Below are positions 59,488 to 64,000 of a stretch of DNA of 64,000 bases, one piece after another. The translations under genes were made by a program, and so were the position numbers. The stretch spans positions 305 to 64,304 of the forward strand of contig CAZZBB010000050.1 in NCBI GenBank assembly GCA_964652195.1, read 5' to 3'. The notes beneath the pieces were generated by a model. That model ran no database searches and was not told the origin of the DNA. It worked only from the letters and a program-made list of their open reading frames with translations. Position 1 is the first letter of the stretch, and the number at the start of each line of letters is the position of its first letter. This stretch comes from an uncultured bacterium (GTDB taxonomy: Bacteria > Poribacteria > WGA-4E > WGA-3G).

Positions 59488-62400
59488 ATGCAATATGACC
59501 ATCAAGAAGTACGCAATTATCTCAGGGAATCAGAATTTGAAGACCTCTTTACGCAAGTTCTCGGTTGGGAGGTGTACAACACACAATCACTCCCAATTGT
59601 AGTAGAAGAAACAGTATTCTTACTCACTCCTATTGCAGAGAAACGTGGAGTAGCAATCTACCATTGTCCACCTACAACTGAAGGTAATATACCTGAACGT
59701 AAAATCAGGGAAAAGATACATAGAGAAGTCTCAAAATCATCACATGAAAACATGATTGTATACACAGATGCTGAACGGTCTGAACAAAAATGGCAATGGG
59801 GAAGTAGACACCGGAAGAATCCCATTAAACGAGATGAAATCTGTTACAAAATTGGCCTGTCTGAGGAAGAACTAAATCAGATATTACGGAATATTGCCTT
59901 TAGTTTTGGAGAAGAGGAACAAACATCTCTGCTTGATGTTACCCAACGTCTTGAAGCTGCTTTTGACGTTGAAAAAGTCACTAAGAAGTTTTACGATCAT
60001 TTTAAAAAGGAACACGATGCATTCCTTGAATTCCTTATCGGTATCCCCGATGAAGATATGCAAAAGTGGTATGTCTCTGTCATGCTGAATCGTCTGATGT
60101 TTATATATTTTATTCAAAAGAAAGGATTTCTAAATAACGACCAATACTATCTAAGAAACAAACTTAATGATATGCAAACCAGAGGAACAGATAAATACTA
60201 TAAAGAATTCCTTTGTCCGCTCTTTTTTGAAGGATTTGCAAAACCAGAAGATGAACGTGATCGTGATATGAGAAACCTACTCGGAAAAATCCCATATCTC
60301 AACGGTGGTATCTTTCTGAAACATGAAATTGAGGAACTACACGGTTCCACCATTGAAATCCCCGACGCTGCTTTTGAGAAGCTATTCATATTCTTTGAAA
60401 AATACCAATGGCATCTTGATGACACACCTTTAAAAAACGATAAAGAAATCAACCCTGATGTACTCGGATACATCTTTGAAAAATACATCAACCAGAAACA
60501 GATGGGTGCATACTACACCAAAGAGGATATCACGGAATACATCAGCAAAAATACCATCATTCCATTCCTCTTTGATGCAGCACGCAAAGAGTGTAAGATT
60601 GCATTTGAAGGAGACGCTTCCGTATGGAAACTGCTGCAAGAAGACCCAGATAAATATATATACAATGCCGTCAAGAAAGGTGTAGATTTAGACCTACCAG
60701 ATGAAATTGCTGTTGGAATTGACGACGTTTCAGAACGCACTGAGTGGAACACACTTGCACCAGAAAAATTTGCTCTGCCGACAGAAATTTGGCGAGAAAC
60801 GGTCGCACGACACCAACGATATAGGACTATTAAGTCAAAAATGGAAAACGGGGAGATTGGAAATATTAATGATTTGATTACTTATAACCTAAATATTCGT
60901 CAATTCGCACACGATGTTATAGAAAACTGTGAGGGACCAGAACTGCTCCGCGCCTTCTGGAAAGCTATCACTGAAGTGACAGTTCTTGACCCAACCTGCG
61001 GATCTGGTGCATTCCTGTTTGCCGCATTGAACATCCTTGAACCGCTCTATGAGGCATGTCTCCAACGCATGCAAGTTTTCGTTGATGAGTTACAACCCTC
61101 TGATGAAAAACCACATGCACAAAAGTACATAGATTTTCGCGAAGAACTTGAAAAAATAAAACAACACCCAAACCAAAAATACTTCATTCTAAAATCAATC
61201 ATTGTCCATAACCTTTACGGTGTAGACATTATGGACGAGGCAATTGAGATATGCAAGTTACGTCTATTCCTCAAAATGGTGGCACAAATTGAGGATGTTA
61301 AGGATATTGAGCCGTTGCCTGATATTGACTTTAACATTCAAGCAGGGAATACGCTTGTCGGTTTTGCAACATATGAGCAAGTAAAAGAGGTGGTGGAAAG
61401 CAAGCTTAAACTGGATGATGCTATGGAACGGATTGAAGAAAAAGCTGCGGGGGTTAAGGTATTGTTTGACAAATTTCGTGACCAGCAAACAGAATTGAGT
61501 GGTGACGTGCTGCCAGAGAACAAGGAGAATTTGCAGAGCAGACTCGGTGTGTTAGAAGATGAACTGAACAATTACCTTTCAAGGGATTACGGTATAGACC
61601 CAAACAATCATGATAATTATGAGAAATGGTTAGATTCACACAAACCTTTCCACTGGTTTATTGCGTTTTATGGTATTCTGCAAGAGGGTGGGTTTGATGT
61701 GATAATTGGTAATCCACCTTATGTGGAGTATAGTAAGGTTAAGAAACAATACACAGTGAAAGAATACAATACTGAAAAATGCGGAAATTTGTATGCAATG
61801 TCCATTGAAAGATCGTTTGATTTAAGCAAAGGTCCTGTTGGAATGATTGTTCAACTACCTCTTGTGTGTACTGACCGCATGATACCAGCACAATCGCTTT
61901 TCAAATCTCCAAATACGATAAGTTGGTTCGCTAATTTTGATGATAGACCGGGAAAACTTTTTAAAGATCTGCAACATATTCGCGCTACGATATTCTTTTC
62001 TAAAAAAGAAAAGGTTTCGGATAAACCTATCCTATATTCTACCAAATATAATAGATGGTTTACGGAAGTACGTTCGATGTTGTTTGAGGGCGTAGTTTTT
62101 AAAGATATTACAGATATTTGCGTTGAAGGGGCATTTCCCAAAATAGCGGGTTCTTTGGGAAAACGAGTTGCAAACAAACTCAGGAATGCCAAAAAATCTA
62201 TTTTGACTTTTAAGAAAGGGAAATTCGCTTGCCATTTTCACAATTCACCTCAATATTGGATTCGCTCAACCAATTTCGTTCCTTATTTCTGGAACGAACA
62301 AGATGGAGAGAAAATCTCAACGCATGTTAAACCCCTATGTCTAACAACTGAATTAGATGCGTCGATAGTTGCAGCAACTTTAAATAGTTCACTTTTTTAT

Positions 62401-62736
62401 TGGTGGTTTGTTATCCATTCTAATTGTCGTGACTTGACTATGCGTGAAGTTAGAACTTTTCCAATCGGTGTTGATCAAATGGATGAGACTATCAAACAAA
62501 CTCTTTCTGAACTATCTGCGGATTTAATGCAAGATTTAAAACATCATGCACAACGGAAAGAAACAAATTACAAGACTACAGGCAAAGTAATCTATGATGA
62601 GTTTTTTCCACGTTATTCCAAATACATCATAGATAAAATTGACCGTGTACTTGCACAACACTACGGATTCACAGACGAGGAATTAGACTTCATCATCAAC
62701 TATGATATCAAATATCGTATGGGTTTGGGAAATTAA
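59488..62736 (+). CDS. Large N6-adenine DNA methyltransferase (Eco57I/type IIG-like) with C-terminal target recognition domain
   Basis: YLNGGIF, GAYYT, LDPTCGSGAF, YGVDI, GNPPY. Confidence 0.9.
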   Translation: MQYDHQEVRNYLRESEFEDLFTQVLGWEVYNTQSLPIVVEETVFLLTPIAEKRGVAIYHCPPTTEGNIPERKIREKIHREVSKSSHENMIVYTDAERSEQKWQWGSRHRKNPIKRDEICYKIGLSEEELNQILRNIAFSFGEEEQTSLLDVTQRLEAAFDVEKVTKKFYDHFKKEHDAFLEFLIGIPDEDMQKWYVSVMLNRLMFIYFIQKKGFLNNDQYYLRNKLNDMQTRGTDKYYKEFLCPLFFEGFAKPEDERDRDMRNLLGKIPYLNGGIFLKHEIEELHGSTIEIPDAAFEKLFIFFEKYQWHLDDTPLKNDKEINPDVLGYIFEKYINQKQMGAYYTKEDITEYISKNTIIPFLFDAARKECKIAFEGDASVWKLLQEDPDKYIYNAVKKGVDLDLPDEIAVGIDDVSERTEWNTLAPEKFALPTEIWRETVARHQRYRTIKSKMENGEIGNINDLITYNLNIRQFAHDVIENCEGPELLRAFWKAITEVTVLDPTCGSGAFLFAALNILEPLYEACLQRMQVFVDELQPSDEKPHAQKYIDFREELEKIKQHPNQKYFILKSIIVHNLYGVDIMDEAIEICKLRLFLKMVAQIEDVKDIEPLPDIDFNIQAGNTLVGFATYEQVKEVVESKLKLDDAMERIEEKAAGVKVLFDKFRDQQTELSGDVLPENKENLQSRLGVLEDELNNYLSRDYGIDPNNHDNYEKWLDSHKPFHWFIAFYGILQEGGFDVIIGNPPYVEYSKVKKQYTVKEYNTEKCGNLYAMSIERSFDLSKGPVGMIVQLPLVCTDRMIPAQSLFKSPNTISWFANFDDRPGKLFKDLQHIRATIFFSKKEKVSDKPILYSTKYNRWFTEVRSMLFEGVVFKDITDICVEGAFPKIAGSLGKRVANKLRNAKKSILTFKKGKFACHFHNSPQYWIRSTNFVPYFWNEQDGEKISTHVKPLCLTTELDASIVAATLNSSLFYWWFVIHSNCRDLTMREVRTFPIGVDQMDETIKQTLSELSADLMQDLKHHAQRKETNYKTTGKVIYDEFFPRYSKYIIDKIDRVLAQHYGFTDEELDFIINYDIKYRMGLGN

Positions 62737-62753
62737 GGTGAAGGTGGTTTATT

Positions 62754-64000
62754 ATGAGTAGTACAGATAACGTTTCACCCGAATTGCGAAAAGCAGAAAA
62801 AGAGATAGATGACTATTACAAATCTAATCCTTTGCTCAAACTCCCGTTTGCATCTGCTGCATGGTATTTGTTGTCGTCCGCTGAAGAGTATATGCTAAAT
62901 GAGCAAATGGGCGGTGTTAGTAGGGTACAAGATATTCACAATCTTTGTAGTGATTTCATTACTGAAATTGAGCATTCTATGTCTTGGCTTTACCATGCAG
63001 GTGAACAAAATGGACAAATTCCCTTTGTAAGAGATAACGATCTTTACAAAGCATCGAAGGATTTATTTGAGCTAAGTCAGAAATACGACTGGTTCATCTT
63101 TGCATTTACATCCGCCAGCGGCAAGGAAAGGGTACTTGACTTGGAACTCCAAGGGACAACTATTCAACCAACCGGGGATTTTTTCGCAAGTATAGAGTAC
63201 GAGGCATACAATATCTTAATTGATCCGCGTGAATCTGAGGAAGCACTACCTTTTCTAAATCGTGAATATTTTCCTATAAATGCAATCAAGGAATATCTAA
63301 AGATAGAAGGTAATAGATTTCACTATACATTGGAACCAAAAATGGTTGCTGATATGAAAACGTATCTGCAGCCTTTATTTAATAGAATGTTTATATTGCC
63401 AAGTTGCTGGGAATTTAGCCGTTACACGCTGGGTGAATTTCGAAAGGTTTTTGAAGTAATTTGTGCTATAGCACATATTCACTGGAAAGCACATAAAATG
63501 GCTGTGAAACAAGGTGTTATTCATAAAGGTTATGTTGATAGTCTTTATATGATGACCTACGGTAAATTGATTAGGACTGTTGCTAGATATTCTGGTATGT
63601 CACCTATAGAAGTACAAAGCGTTATTGATGATTTGACTTATGGAAAAAGTGGTATTACAAGTCCTGTCCCTGCTTTACAACCTATAATTAAACTAAATCA
63701 CAAACACTACGCAATTGTTCCAAATATATGGATTTCTTCTGCAGCAGAGCGAAATTTTATTTCTCTCGTAAATAGACTTCCATCTGAAAAAGGGATCTAT
63801 GAAAAATATGTTAATGAAAAAGAAGATCTAATGAAAAAGCGTATTAAGACCCAATTATCTGATTCAGGTTTTAAAACTTATTCTGGAAATATAGCAAACT
63901 TAACAGATATTGACCTCGCCATTGTAAGTCATTCTGAAAAAGCATGTTTACTTTTAGAACTAAAATGGTTTATTGCGCCAACCACGGCGCAAGAACGTAT
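62754..64000 (+). CDS. Hypothetical protein with C-terminal PD-(D/E)xK (NERD-like) nuclease motif; 3'-truncated and absent from the ORF track
   Basis: Manual translation gives 415 open codons from ATG 62754 (MSSTDNVSPELRKAE...) to the window end, with TDIDLAIV...LLLELKW. Purine-rich RBS upstream. Confidence 0.75.
   Translation, partial: MSSTDNVSPELRKAEKEIDDYYKSNPLLKLPFASAAWYLLSSAEEYMLNEQMGGVSRVQDIHNLCSDFITEIEHSMSWLYHAGEQNGQIPFVRDNDLYKASKDLFELSQKYDWFIFAFTSASGKERVLDLELQGTTIQPTGDFFASIEYEAYNILIDPRESEEALPFLNREYFPINAIKEYLKIEGNRFHYTLEPKMVADMKTYLQPLFNRMFILPSCWEFSRYTLGEFRKVFEVICAIAHIHWKAHKMAVKQGVIHKGYVDSLYMMTYGKLIRTVARYSGMSPIEVQSVIDDLTYGKSGITSPVPALQPIIKLNHKHYAIVPNIWISSAAERNFISLVNRLPSEKGIYEKYVNEKEDLMKKRIKTQLSDSGFKTYSGNIANLTDIDLAIVSHSEKACLLLELKWFIAPTTAQER

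Noticed and set aside
55627-62736. Calling the locus DISARM or BREX
   Set aside because: No drmA/drmB or brxC/pglZ is visible in the window.

Overview
AT-rich bacterial chromosomal window. It is probably Candidatus Poribacteria or a relative, inferred only from secreted LamG and TolB-like proteins ending in a '...LPxxWGxxK' tail. Contents in order: (1) a 5'-truncated DegT aminotransferase; (2) a DtxR/MntR-regulated Mn/Fe operon (mntR, ferritin-VIT1, TroABCD-type ABC transporter) with a perfect operator palindrome, followed by an exported YyaL-DsbD-alpha fusion; (3) an accessory cassette (acidic secreted protein plus TolB-like propeller) behind a consensus promoter and a roughly 260-nt highly structured leader RNA, flanked by related MITE-like repeats; (4) a LamG, DxDD terpene cyclase, GT2 operon; (5) a type II secretion cluster with two tandem ~1000-aa secretins and a multi-HhH GspK; (6) a sigma-70 factor and nfuA; (7) TolC/MacA/ATPase with no permease, coupled to a beta-RFA-P synthase; (8) housekeeping genes (holB, tmk, recJ, relA, rpmB, rsmA, coaBC, gmk) and a polyferredoxin; (9) a UGSC selenoprotein, split by the ORF caller, with a visible SECIS hairpin; (10) a putative defence island (PLD-SNF2 helicase, m6A methyltransferase, and an uncalled PD-(D/E)xK nuclease ORF). 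All calls come from manual motif reading; no database searches were run.
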